A stretch of DNA of 64,000 bases. Origin: Syntrophales bacterium (GTDB taxonomy: Bacteria; Desulfobacterota; Syntrophia; Syntrophales; PHBD01). Below the pieces are notes generated by a model, which saw only the letters and a program-made list of their open reading frames with translations, made no database searches and was not told the DNA's origin. This document shows positions 29,503-38,966 of the stretch, piece by piece. The position numbers and the translations under genes are program-made. Position 1 is the stretch's first letter. Each line of letters begins with the position of its first letter. The stretch covers positions 3,648,001-3,712,000 of the forward strand of contig OY764159.1 of the NCBI GenBank assembly GCA_963668175.1, read 5' to 3'.

Positions 29503-31950
29503 TCATCGACTTCGATCGAGTTCTTTACGTACGGCGACGCCGATTCTTTCCAGGATGTAAGGTTTCTTCACGTAAGACCCGGCTCCTAACGCCTGGGCTT
29601 CCTTGACCCTTGACGTCTCGGAATAACCGCTGACGATGATCGCCCTCTGTCCGGGATGAATGGAGAGAATTCTGCGATAGGTATCGAGGCCGTCCATGCC
29701 GGGGTCCATGATCATATCCAGCAAGACCAGGTCCACTTTGTGATTTTCGAGATACTTCAACGCATGTTCACCGCTCGGCGCCGTGATAACGCCGTAGTTC
29801 AATTCGGAGAGCATTTGGGCCGCCAATTCGCGCTGGCCATCTACATCGTCAACGATAAGGACCTTTTCTCCCCGTCCCATGTACTCTACGGTCGGCCTGT
29901 CGATCTGATCGGGATATATTTCCTCGGTTGTCGTCGGCAGGTAGAGGGTAAACGTACTGCCCTTCCCCGCTTTGCTTTCTACATTGATCAATCCGTTATG
30001 GTCTTTGACGGTCCCCCAGACGACGGAAAGCCCCAGGCCGGTACCGCTTCTCCCCATAACTTTCTTCGTATAAAAAGGTTCAAAGATGTGTTTCATGTCT
30101 TCGGGTGTTATGCCTTCTCCCGTATCGGCAATGGAAAGAACTACGTACGTCCCTTCTTTCAATTCGTCAAACCCTGGCAGCCGTTCCTGCAGGCACAAGT
30201 TTTCCGTCTTGATGGTCAGCAGGCCGCCGTCCGGCATGGCTTCGGCCGCATTGGAAACCAGATTCATCAGTGTTTTGTTGAGGTGCACGGGTGAACCCAT
30301 AATATTCTTCAAATCAGGAGCCAGACGGCTTTCCACCCGTACCAGGGGATGAAACGAAAGGAGTTTATCGTACTCGGGCGTTTCCCGGTAATCCTTGATG
30401 AGTTCGTTCAGATTGACTACTTTCTCCGTATGAACGCCTCTTCGGGCCATGGTAAGCAGGTCCTGGACGATAGCCGCGGCCCTCTCACTGCTTTTCATGA
30501 TATTCTCGACATACCGGCGAATGGCATTCCCCTCCTCCGTCTTGAGAACAAGGAGTTCCGCATAGCCGACCAGAACCCCCAGGACATTATTGAGATCGTG
30601 TGCAACACCTCCGGCCAGGGAGCCTAAAGCCTCCATCTTTTCGGCCCGCTGCAGCCTGTCTTCCAATTCCTTCTGTCTTTCGGCTGCCTGTTTTCGTTCC
30701 GTTATATTGCGGGAAACGCCGTAAAGGCCGATAAGTTCCCCGCTGCCGCCGCGCATAGCCTTCATATCGTTGTCCATCCAGACAATCGAACCGTCTTTAT
30801 GGTAATACTCGACTTCCAGCGTTACGGACCGCCCCGGATCAGCGCCATCTGCTTCCCGCTGTAATTCCCGTCCCAATAAATCTCTTGCTCTCATGAGCGA
30901 TGCCGGCGTCATCATCGTTTCCACCGGTTGCTTCTTCCGCTCCTCCTGGCTGAATCCCAGCACTCTCTCTATCGACGGACTGACATACGTCGTCACCATA
31001 TTGAGGTCGAGTATCCAGACGATATCGCCCATATTTTCAGCAATGAACCGGAATATCTCTTGACTTTTCTTCAGGGCATCCTCCGCCCTCTTCCTTTCCG
31101 TGATATCGATAACCGTGCCCCAGATACTCTGGCCGTCGAGAACCGCGCTCAACAGGACGTGCCTCACATCTCCCGTTTTCGTGAGCAGATCGATGTCGTA
31201 ACTGTTCAAAAGACCGCTTCGTTCCAGGGCGGTAACGAATGCCTCCCGTTCCCCCGGCAGTTTATAGAGATTGACGGCGTTGACGTTCACCATCTCTTCC
31301 GGGGAACTGTATTCGAGCATATCGGCAAAAGCCTGGTTGACAAAAAACATCCTCCCGTCCAGATGGGTTTGATAGACTCCGGCGGGCGTGTTGTCGACCA
31401 GGCTGCGGTAATTTCTTTCCGAACGGTACAAGCGCTGGAGGAGGTCCCTGTGTTCCGACTCCAGATACGTGCGTTCCGTGACATCGCGGATCACACTGAT
31501 GAGCGCCTTTGCCTCACCCGCTGTATTCCTGACAAGGGACGAGTTCATCTCCACGGTAATCGTTCCGCCGGTATCAACGCTTAACTTACCTATTTGTCTG
31601 CTCGACGATCCGGCAGCTATCGTATCGGACATATGGGCGGCGACTGCCGTTTTGCTCTCTTCGTCGAAGATGTCTAATATCGATCCGACCTTCGCCAGAA
31701 GTTCATCGATACTCTCTACACCGTGCATTCTCGCTGTTTGTGCGTTGGCGGCGATAATGGCGCCGTCCGGCGAATACATCACGATGGCATCCGGAGACGT
31801 TTCGAACAATACCCTGTAGAGATCGATTCCCTCATCTTGAACCCGGCCCGTCTTTTCTTCTCTTTCCTGCTTTCGATGTTCGGCTAACTGGATACGCAGT
31901 TTCTTAAGTTCGTTTATCAACTGCGTCACGGACTTACTTTCGTCTTGCAT
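29503..31950 (-). CDS. PAS hybrid sensor histidine kinase/response regulator
   Basis: Three PAS; AGGVAHDLNN, NLVSNA, FEPFYTKK, GTGLGL; receiver LDMIMDP. Confidence 0.93.
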   Translation of the reverse strand: MQDESKSVTQLINELKKLRIQLAEHRKQEREEKTGRVQDEGIDLYRVLFETSPDAIVMYSPDGAIIAANAQTARMHGVESIDELLAKVGSILDIFDEESKTAVAAHMSDTIAAGSSSRQIGKLSVDTGGTITVEMNSSLVRNTAGEAKALISVIRDVTERTYLESEHRDLLQRLYRSERNYRSLVDNTPAGVYQTHLDGRMFFVNQAFADMLEYSSPEEMVNVNAVNLYKLPGEREAFVTALERSGLLNSYDIDLLTKTGDVRHVLLSAVLDGQSIWGTVIDITERKRAEDALKKSQEIFRFIAENMGDIVWILDLNMVTTYVSPSIERVLGFSQEERKKQPVETMMTPASLMRARDLLGRELQREADGADPGRSVTLEVEYYHKDGSIVWMDNDMKAMRGGSGELIGLYGVSRNITERKQAAERQKELEDRLQRAEKMEALGSLAGGVAHDLNNVLGVLVGYAELLVLKTEEGNAIRRYVENIMKSSERAAAIVQDLLTMARRGVHTEKVVNLNELIKDYRETPEYDKLLSFHPLVRVESRLAPDLKNIMGSPVHLNKTLMNLVSNAAEAMPDGGLLTIKTENLCLQERLPGFDELKEGTYVVLSIADTGEGITPEDMKHIFEPFYTKKVMGRSGTGLGLSVVWGTVKDHNGLINVESKAGKGSTFTLYLPTTTEEIYPDQIDRPTVEYMGRGEKVLIVDDVDGQRELAAQMLSELNYGVITAPSGEHALKYLENHKVDLVLLDMIMDPGMDGLDTYRRILSIHPGQRAIIVSGYSETSRVKEAQALGAGSYVKKPYILERIGVAVRKELDRSR

Positions 31951-32332
31951 TCCCCTCTCCTCAAAAAGCACGGTTCTCACCCAGCTATATATACTATATT
32001 TTATCTACTATTGCTCAACAAAGATGGCTCCGAAGATATCCGCACAGGCCCCAATCCATGAACATCTCTTTAAAACCATATTCGATTTTATAATGAATCA
32101 GATCGGATATTGCATGATACACCTTTTTGCTTGAAAATGATCGTACCGTAAGCGATAAGTAATCGTATGGGAAATCGGTGGGCCGCGTCATCCATGCGGC
32201 TTTTGCGAAGCATGGGAGGCAGGACGCTTTCAATCTTCAAGGATTGGGGGGAAGGACGCCGGATTCATGAACGATGCCGCCATACCGCAGAAGCAGATTT
32301 AAACTAAAATCATCTAGAGAAGGAGTTTCAGT

Positions 32333-32641
32333 ATGATTCATGTCATCGCCACCGTCGAGCTTGCAGAAGGCAAGGTAAATGATTATTTACGGGAATTGAA
32401 CAAGGTCGCCCCGGCCGTTCGTGCCGAAGAAGGATGCCTGGAATACGGGCCGACCATGGACCTGGCCACGGATATCCCCGTCCAGGAACCGGTGCGGGAA
32501 AATGTCGTGACGATCATGGAGCGATGGTCCGACGTCCCTGCCCTCATGAATCACCTGAAGACGAAGCACATGGCGGATTATCGGGCGGCAACCAAAGTCT
32601 TTGTGAAGGGTCTGAAGATCCAGGTTCTCAGGGCTGTATAA
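32333..32641 (+). CDS. Antibiotic biosynthesis monooxygenase (putative quinol monooxygenase) family protein
   Basis: VRAEEGCLEY, MERWSD...L..H...HM; AGGAG RBS. Confidence 0.88.
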   Translation: MIHVIATVELAEGKVNDYLRELNKVAPAVRAEEGCLEYGPTMDLATDIPVQEPVRENVVTIMERWSDVPALMNHLKTKHMADYRAATKVFVKGLKIQVLRAV

Positions 32642-32716
32642 CAGGAAGCACCGGCCGTTTGAAAACATGCCGGGCGACACCGGATAACGGTTTAACACGG
32701 ATTTGCACTAGAGAGT

Positions 32717-32980
32717 TCAGTTGAGATTTTCCTGCTGCAGCGGCCGGAGCAGAATGCCGTATCCGTTTGCCGCCAGCAGAATGCTGCGGGCGGCGATATA
32801 AGTGTGGCAGCAGCCGGTGTCTTTTTGCCTTCTCGCGACAGCAGACTTATCCTGTACCGTACTTTCCTGTTTCCCCGCGGAATGGTTAAGGGGTACCCCT
32901 CTTGGGGCGGAAGGAGGTATTTCATTAACCTTATCGGATACGCGTCTTCTGTATTGCCATCGCCGTCTGGCCTTCAGCAT
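32717..32980 (-). CDS. Hypothetical protein (87 aa)
   Basis: Strong AAGGAGGT RBS before ATG 32980; no recognisable motif. Confidence 0.4.
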   Translation of the reverse strand: MLKARRRWQYRRRVSDKVNEIPPSAPRGVPLNHSAGKQESTVQDKSAVARRQKDTGCCHTYIAARSILLAANGYGILLRPLQQENLN

Positions 32981-33069
32981 CGCAGCACCTCCTTGGCTCT
33001 CATTTTCACTGTTTCGGGACTTTCCTGCATCCGTACGCCCTGATTGCGAATCCGATTCCGTCGGACATA

Positions 33070-33531
33070 TCACCTGCGCCGGACGGGAATGCTGACAATG
33101 ACCGTCGTTCCTCTCGCAGGACTGCTGTTGATTCTGAATTCTCCGCCGCAGAGGCGGGCATATTCACGCATACCGACGATTCCCCGGGAACCGTTGGGGC
33201 CGACGGAATCCTCCCGGAATCCCCTGCCGTTGTCCGCGACCCGCAGAATCATGATGCCGGCATGGTCTCCCAGGCTGACGAATACCTTGGTTGCATCGGC
33301 ATGGCGGGCAATATTGACGAGTATTTCCTCAAGAATCTGAAACAATGCGGCCGCCTGGATACTCTCCGCAATCCGCTCGCGAAGCTGGCACCGGGATTCG
33401 CATTCGATACCGGTCCTTTCCTGAAAGGCGGCGATATACCAGGACAGGGTGTCCTGAATGTCGAAACCGTCGCCGCGGGGCGGCAGGATATGATCCACAT
33501 CGTTTCTGGTTGACAGACTCATAGGGTTCAC
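33070..33531 (-). CDS. Stand-alone HATPase_c domain (NarX/UhpB-type) lacking the phospho-His dimerisation domain
   Basis: EEILVNIARHA N-box, DNGRGF G1, GIVGMRE G2, GTTV; no H-box. Confidence 0.75.
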   Translation of the reverse strand: MNPMSLSTRNDVDHILPPRGDGFDIQDTLSWYIAAFQERTGIECESRCQLRERIAESIQAAALFQILEEILVNIARHADATKVFVSLGDHAGIMILRVADNGRGFREDSVGPNGSRGIVGMREYARLCGGEFRINSSPARGTTVIVSIPVRRR

Positions 33532-33627
33532 GTCTTTTCGTTTGAACGGTATGTATTCCGTCCTTAACCGTGCGATTGAAATAATTTGCCCCGTGTTTCT
33601 GCAAGCTTGCCGGCCTGAAGATCATCT

Positions 33628-33643
33628 AGCAGAAATAGTGCCA
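33628..33643 (-). promoter_or_regulatory. Putative sigma54 (-24/-12) promoter
   Basis: Minus strand TGGCAC-TATTT-CTGCT, about 100 bp upstream of the HATPase ORF. Confidence 0.55.
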
Positions 33644-34088
33644 GTTTCAAACACCAGTCGGCAAAAGACAAAAATACCACATATCTCATTAAATAGATTC
33701 GTGTTTTACAGATACTGCCGGTCGCCTGTTTATATGCCGCCTATTTTTTCATTCTATCAGCCTTTGAATGTCCGCTATAACCGGACGCCGCTCCTCCAAT
33801 GATTCAGGCTTGCCGTGTCAACCTCATGCAAAGCAATCCTCCCGCCGGGAAGATCATATTGACACGGGTGCCGATACCAGGTACAAGGCTTGAAGTTTCC
33901 AGAGCCGCCTCCATCGATGAAGCAAGAAATTCAACCTGTTGTAAGATATCTTCAAGCGGGTACTCTGGGGACGGGTTTCACTGAATCGGAGCATGAAAGT
34001 CCGAAGCATTTTTTCCCGCAAGGCGATCATCGTGGTCTTCAAGGCATGTCGGGACCGTCCCTGCATTCGTTGCGGCTAAATACGTATA

Positions 34089-34982
34089 TTGAGGTCAGCA
34101 TTGAACATTATCTTAAGATCCGCCGTTTTCTTCTTCACCCTTCTTTTCCTTAATCCACCTGCTTCTGCCCTCGCCCATCCAACTGCGGATAAGGATTTGA
34201 AGACATTCCTGAGTGCCCTGGAATTGAAATGCGCCGAATACGGCTGGACGGATATCAAACCGCAGAAGTTCTCCTGGGAATTCCACAGAACGACGAAGAA
34301 CAGGCGACCCCTTATCTTCATTCAGCTGGGAAATTCAGGGAAGAATTGCAATCTATTTCTGGGCGGGGTCCACGGCGACGAATTGCCGACGGTCTATCTG
34401 CTCTTGAAACTGGCCCATTACCTCGAGGCCAATCCCGAGATTCTGAAAGACAAATGCATCGTCATCGCACCCCTGGTCAATCCGGACGGCTTCTTCGCCA
34501 CCCCCCCGCGACGCGTTAACGCCAGCGGTATCGACATCAATAGAAACTTCCCCACCCGGGACTGGAGCGCCCAGGCATTGCGCCAATGGAGAGCCAAATA
34601 TCGGGGAAACAGACGTTATTTTCCGGGTACCAGGCCCGGCTCGGAACAGGAGACGCTCTTTCAGACGGCATTGATCAAGCGTTACCAGCCTCAGAAGATT
34701 CTGAGCATCCATTCGCCCCTCGGTTTTTACGATTTCGACGGCCCGTCGGCGGATCTCGACAACCTTGAGAAGTGGCTGGACAGGATCAGCCGGGAGACGA
34801 ACCATCCCCTTAAGAAATATGGATACTTTCCGGGCTCGCTCGGTAATTTCGCCGGCCATGAACGCAACACGTTCACCCTCACGCTGGAATTGCCGTCATC
34901 CGACCCGCGCATGGGTGCCCAATATTTTCAGAAATTCCAGCCGGCCTTTCTCAAGTTTCTCAACCTGTCCCTGTCCAAATGA
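34089..34982 (+). CDS. M14 zinc carboxypeptidase, murein peptide amidase A (MpaA)-like, exported
   Basis: GVHGDE (HxxE), VNPDG, RVNASGIDINRNFP, SIHSP, TLELP; signal peptide. Confidence 0.85.
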   Translation: MRSALNIILRSAVFFFTLLFLNPPASALAHPTADKDLKTFLSALELKCAEYGWTDIKPQKFSWEFHRTTKNRRPLIFIQLGNSGKNCNLFLGGVHGDELPTVYLLLKLAHYLEANPEILKDKCIVIAPLVNPDGFFATPPRRVNASGIDINRNFPTRDWSAQALRQWRAKYRGNRRYFPGTRPGSEQETLFQTALIKRYQPQKILSIHSPLGFYDFDGPSADLDNLEKWLDRISRETNHPLKKYGYFPGSLGNFAGHERNTFTLTLELPSSDPRMGAQYFQKFQPAFLKFLNLSLSK

Positions 34983-35038
34983 ACATGATCGCCCGATGTA
35001 AAAGATCATGAAAAAATGCGGCCTCCAGATTATTTCCG

Positions 35039-35067
35039 GGAACTTTTTCACCTCCGCCTCCGTCTAA
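35039..35067 (+). promoter_or_regulatory. ECF (RpoE-like) promoter
   Basis: GGAACTT-N16-GTCTAA directly upstream of the operon encoding the ECF sigma factor. Confidence 0.75.
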
Positions 35068-35101
35068 ACATGTAAAACATCCATCACAGGAGGTTCGGGG
35101 T

Positions 35102-35923
35102 ATGAAAAAAATCGTTTTTATTCTTATGGCGCTTTGTTTATGCGCGTCGACCACTTGGGCAGGCGGTGCAGGCGACGCCGTAGAGGTCAGAATCGTCACG
35201 GATGACGGCGTTTCGCTGCCCACTTATCCGGTAAAGATCCGTCGCGGGCTGCAGAAAGTCTATGCCGAAGCGGTCAAGGGCGAACATTACCGCATCGAAG
35301 TGACGAACAGGCTCAACCGGCGCGTCGGGCTGGTAATCGCCGTGGACGGGCGCAACATCGTCAGCGGAGCGAAATCCCGCCTGGCTGGAACAGAACGCAT
35401 GTACATCCTGGAGGCCTTCGGTTCGGGGGAATTTGCCGGCTGGAGATCGTCCCGCGACCGCATCAACCGTTTCTATTTCACCGACGTACCCGATTCCTAC
35501 GCTGCCGCCTTCGGCGACGAGAGCGCCATGGGCGTGATAGCCGTGGCGGTCTATCCCGAAATCCAGCGGCAAGAAGAGCCTGCACTTTCCTTTTCCGAGC
35601 GAGGCAAGCGGAAATTGGAAAGCAAGGCCGATTCCGCGGCTCCCTCTCCCCAGGCGCCGGGCAGTGTCAAGAAGGAGATGCGGAATTCGCAGGAGAGGGC
35701 CGGCACAGGTTACGGCCGGGATGAGTATGCTCCCGTCCGCATTGTATCCTTCGATCCGGAAAGCAGGGCGGTGGAAACCATCTTCATCAAATACGAATGG
35801 CGGGCAACACTCTGCAAGCTGGGCGTCGTCGCCTGCGGAAAGCCCTACCGCCAGCCACCCAACCGTTTCTGGGACAGCGATGACGGATTCGCCCCTCCCC
35901 CACCGATCAGCTACCGCCGCTGA
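35102..35923 (+). CDS. Conserved exported hypothetical protein
   Basis: Signal peptide, GGAGG RBS; YRIEVTN...VIAVDGRN, FYFT, GVIAVAVYPE, GTGYG, FAPPP pattern. Confidence 0.8.
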   Translation: MKKIVFILMALCLCASTTWAGGAGDAVEVRIVTDDGVSLPTYPVKIRRGLQKVYAEAVKGEHYRIEVTNRLNRRVGLVIAVDGRNIVSGAKSRLAGTERMYILEAFGSGEFAGWRSSRDRINRFYFTDVPDSYAAAFGDESAMGVIAVAVYPEIQRQEEPALSFSERGKRKLESKADSAAPSPQAPGSVKKEMRNSQERAGTGYGRDEYAPVRIVSFDPESRAVETIFIKYEWRATLCKLGVVACGKPYRQPPNRFWDSDDGFAPPPPISYRR

Positions 35924-35938
35924 CCATGCGGCTCGGAG

Positions 35939-36679
35939 ATGCCGGAAACTCCGCCGTTGCACAGCGACGTTCAACGTGGTAGTACTTCAGGGACGAAGTC
36001 CATACGCTGGCTTGCACCATCCATGCGGCGGACAGGAGACGGGGTCTTGCCGAAAATCACGGGGACAGACAATGAACAGAACCGGACCGCCGGAGACGAC
36101 GATGCCGGTTCTGTCTCTCGCTGTCAGCAAGGCAGGATGGAGGAATTCGCCGTCCTCGTCCGCAGGCATCAGAAAAAGATGATCAACATGGCTTACCGGA
36201 TGATCGGCGACTATGACGAGGCGTGCGATGTCGTTCAGGAGGCCTTCCTTTCAGCCTATCGCGCCATCGGGCAGTTCCGGGGCGACGCCCGTTTTTCCAC
36301 CTGGCTCGCCGGCATCGTTGTCAACCGGGTAAGGGACCATCTTTCTCAAAAGATCGCCCGAAACCGACGGGAGGAGGCTTTGGATGACAATCCGGCTGAT
36401 CCCGGCGGCAGGCACAACGCAAATGTCTTTTTCGACGGAAACGATCCGGCCGATATCCGGATCGAAAAACGGGAAAGGGATGCCCGCATCCAGAAATGCA
36501 TCGACCGTCTGGACGGAGAACAGAAAGAAGTGCTGGTCCTTCGGGACATTCAGGATTATTCTTACGAAGAGATCGGGGCGATGCTGAAACTGCCGCCGGG
36601 AACCGTCCGATCGCGGCTCTTCAGGGCCAGAAGCGCTTTGAAAACGAGCCTGCAGCAGGTATTGGGTGATCTGTTATGA
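35939..36679 (+). CDS. ECF sigma-70 family RNA polymerase sigma factor
   Basis: DVVQEAFL, FSTWL region 2; SYEEIGAML..P.GTVRSRLFRAR region 4. True start probably downstream (e.g. TTG near 36047). Confidence 0.93.
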   Translation: MPETPPLHSDVQRGSTSGTKSIRWLAPSMRRTGDGVLPKITGTDNEQNRTAGDDDAGSVSRCQQGRMEEFAVLVRRHQKKMINMAYRMIGDYDEACDVVQEAFLSAYRAIGQFRGDARFSTWLAGIVVNRVRDHLSQKIARNRREEALDDNPADPGGRHNANVFFDGNDPADIRIEKRERDARIQKCIDRLDGEQKEVLVLRDIQDYSYEEIGAMLKLPPGTVRSRLFRARSALKTSLQQVLGDLL

Positions 36680-37767
36680 TATGCAGAGATATAGAACAGA
36701 GACTCCCTGCCTATCTGGAAGGAGACCTCCCTGCCGACGACAAGAAGATCGTTGCAGACCACCTGGTGTCCTGCCCCGGCTGCAGCCGTGCCCTTGAGGA
36801 GTTGAAGAAGACGCAGGAGATATTAAAGAACCTGGACGAAGTCGAGCCGCCGCCTTTCTTCGAACAGAGAATCATGGCCCGGATCCGGGAAGACGCCGCG
36901 CCCAAGGGTTTTTTGCAGCGTTTTCTCTTTCCGCTTCGCATCAGGATCCCGATCCAGGTCGCCGCTACCATCGCCGTGGCTTTCATCGCCTATCACATCT
37001 ACCGGCAGAGTGCCCCGGAGATAACGCAGCCGCTGCCGTCCTCCGGAAACGCGGTAAAACAGGAAAAGAGCGCATCGGAGCCGGAAAAGGCGATGACCAT
37101 CCCCGGTCCGTCAGCCGCCAGAATGCCGGAGAATAAAAAGAACATGAACACCGACCGCAGTGAACATGAGTCATACGCCCCGCCACCGGCCGCACGTGGA
37201 AGCAAGAAGGAGGCCGCCGTCGAAAAACCGGCGGGAACTCGTGAAAAAGCAGAGACTCCGCCGGCGCCATCGGCAGTTGACGGGACCAGGAAGAAATCCA
37301 TATCCGAACGCAGTGGGCCGGCCGTTGCATCGCGTGATGAGGCAGATCGCAGGGAAACAGCCGCAACGGCTAATAAGGCCGTGCCGTCAACCCGTTACGA
37401 TAAGGCGATTAAAGCGGATCAAAGCGCGGCCGGCGGAGAGCGCCGCAAGATGATGTTTGCGCCCTCGCCGCAGCAGGAGGTCGCAAAGTCGGAAAAGCAG
37501 GCGGTGCTCAACCTCACGGTCAGTGTCGGAAATATTGACGCTTCCGTCAGGCAGACCAGGGTTCACCTGGGCAGAATCAAAGCCCGCATCCTCCGGCAGG
37601 AGCACCGTGACGACGGTGAAATCCTGTGGGTGGAAATACCCGTCCGGCAATTAACGTCCCTCACAGAACATCTCCAGACGCTGGGGCGGCTTGACCGTAC
37701 CCCGGATGCCCCTGAGACGGAAGACGGGAATGTCCTCACGGCCATCAAGATCGTCGGCAACCCTTAA
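36676..37767 (+). CDS. Zinc-finger (ZAS, HxxxCxxC) membrane anti-sigma factor
   Basis: C...YLEG.L...HLVSCPGC; one TM; low-complexity periplasmic linker; ATGA overlap with the sigma gene. Confidence 0.88.
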   Translation: MICRDIEQRLPAYLEGDLPADDKKIVADHLVSCPGCSRALEELKKTQEILKNLDEVEPPPFFEQRIMARIREDAAPKGFLQRFLFPLRIRIPIQVAATIAVAFIAYHIYRQSAPEITQPLPSSGNAVKQEKSASEPEKAMTIPGPSAARMPENKKNMNTDRSEHESYAPPPAARGSKKEAAVEKPAGTREKAETPPAPSAVDGTRKKSISERSGPAVASRDEADRRETAATANKAVPSTRYDKAIKADQSAAGGERRKMMFAPSPQQEVAKSEKQAVLNLTVSVGNIDASVRQTRVHLGRIKARILRQEHRDDGEILWVEIPVRQLTSLTEHLQTLGRLDRTPDAPETEDGNVLTAIKIVGNP

Positions 37768-37780
37768 ACGGAGCCATCCA

Positions 37781-38191
37781 ATGAAACGGGAAACAAGCCG
37801 TCTGCAAACCTTTCTAAGCATCGTCAGTGCCCTTATCATGATCTCCGGCCTGGGCAGCGCCGCCTACATCTATCAGAAGGCCGTGAACGAACCTGCCGAT
37901 GCCCTGCGCGACCGGATGGAAGGCGGTTCCGTCTATCAGATTCAACCCGAGGATTCCAAAAAATACCAAAGGGACATAGAGGCCATCAGCGGCAAGGCCG
38001 GCTTGGTCGTGGCCGACTTTCGGAATAAGCTGGCGGCGCTGTGGCAGGGGAAATCCCTGGCGTATATGGTCGCTGCAGTGTCCATCCTGATTTCTTTCGC
38101 CTTCTACTTCGCAGCCAATCACCTGCCGTCGGCATCGAACACAGAAGGTCACAGCCGGCTTGACCGGAATGAAAGAGGCAAGAGCGACTAA
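37781..38191 (+). CDS. Hypothetical two-TM membrane protein
   Basis: Two hydrophobic segments flanking a soluble loop; GGAG RBS. Confidence 0.7.
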   Translation: MKRETSRLQTFLSIVSALIMISGLGSAAYIYQKAVNEPADALRDRMEGGSVYQIQPEDSKKYQRDIEAISGKAGLVVADFRNKLAALWQGKSLAYMVAAVSILISFAFYFAANHLPSASNTEGHSRLDRNERGKSD

Positions 38192-38251
38192 GCCGACAGC
38201 CTTTTCGACAGCGTGACTGTCCACTCATCGTATAAGGAGGCATGAACAGGC

Positions 38252-38518
38252 ATGATTCAGGTGCGTGAAGGCAAAAAAGCGGTATCCTTCGATGGGTTCG
38301 TCCTGGAAATCTTCGGCATGAGCGGTGCAGCGGCAAGTCAGCGATATACGGTCGATCAGGTTGAAAAAATCGGCGTCGCCGACGGTAAGGGGGAGGTAAT
38401 GCTGCTGGCCAAACTGCCGAGGGGCAAAGGACTCGGCCTGGCTTTCTCGGAGGCAAAACGGTGCGAACTTGCACAGCTTGTTGCCGCGGTTGAGCAGGCC
38501 AAAGGGCAGACCGGTTAA
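38252..38518 (+). CDS. Hypothetical protein (88 aa)
   Basis: AAGGAGG RBS; globular beta/alpha composition. Confidence 0.65.
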   Translation: MIQVREGKKAVSFDGFVLEIFGMSGAAASQRYTVDQVEKIGVADGKGEVMLLAKLPRGKGLGLAFSEAKRCELAQLVAAVEQAKGQTG

Positions 38519-38592
38519 AGATATCGAAAAGCGAACTGTCCCTTTGTTAAAACAGCTTGATTTTATGTATCGATATCATTATAAAGACATCA

Positions 38593-38760
38593 CTTGGTTT
38601 CTGCATCCAGGAACACGGTGTAAATCCGTGGCGGTCCCGCCGCTGTAATCGGTGAGGATCTTCACCTTGGGCTGTAAGGCCGGTCACTGCCGGGGTCAAC
38701 TCCGGCGGGAAGGCTGTGAAGATTCGACGAACCGAGAGCCAGAAGACCTGCAGAAGCAAG
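38593..38760 (+). ncRNA. Cobalamin (B12) riboswitch
   Basis: AGGAA-CACGGTG-TAAATCCGTG-GCGGTCCCGCCGCTGTAA, TCACTG...GGGAAGGC, and B12-box GAGCCAGAAGACCTGC; P1 CTTGGTTTCTGCA pairs with TGCAGAAGCAAG. Confidence 0.92.
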
Positions 38761-38783
38761 CGTAATCCGGAATCCGATGGCAA

Positions 38784-38827
38784 AGGGTTCCGACGGACGA
38801 TTTTCCGTCTGTCGGGACCCTTTTTTT
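38784..38827 (+). terminator. Riboswitch expression-platform intrinsic terminator
   Basis: GGGTTCCGACGGACG/CGTCTGTCGGGACCC stem followed by T7. Confidence 0.85.
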
Positions 38828-38858
38828 ATTTTACAAACCTAAGGAAAGGAGATTGAAG

Positions 38859-38966
38859 ATGAAGAAAACGACAGAGAAGAAGGAGATCATTGCCTACAGG
38901 AAGAGCTGCCCGGCGAAAGGAACGGGACTCTCCCATTACATTCTGATGGACAGGAAGGGAAAGTGA
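38859..38966 (+). CDS. cbpA: Modified-peptide precursor CbpA-like (35 aa), not in ORF track
   Basis: MKKTTEKKEIIAYRKSCPAKGTGLSHYILMDRKGK; AGGAG RBS; TGATG overlap with the radical SAM gene; RKSC...GTGLSHYILM matches my recollection of the CbpA family. Confidence 0.85.
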   Translation: MKKTTEKKEIIAYRKSCPAKGTGLSHYILMDRKGK

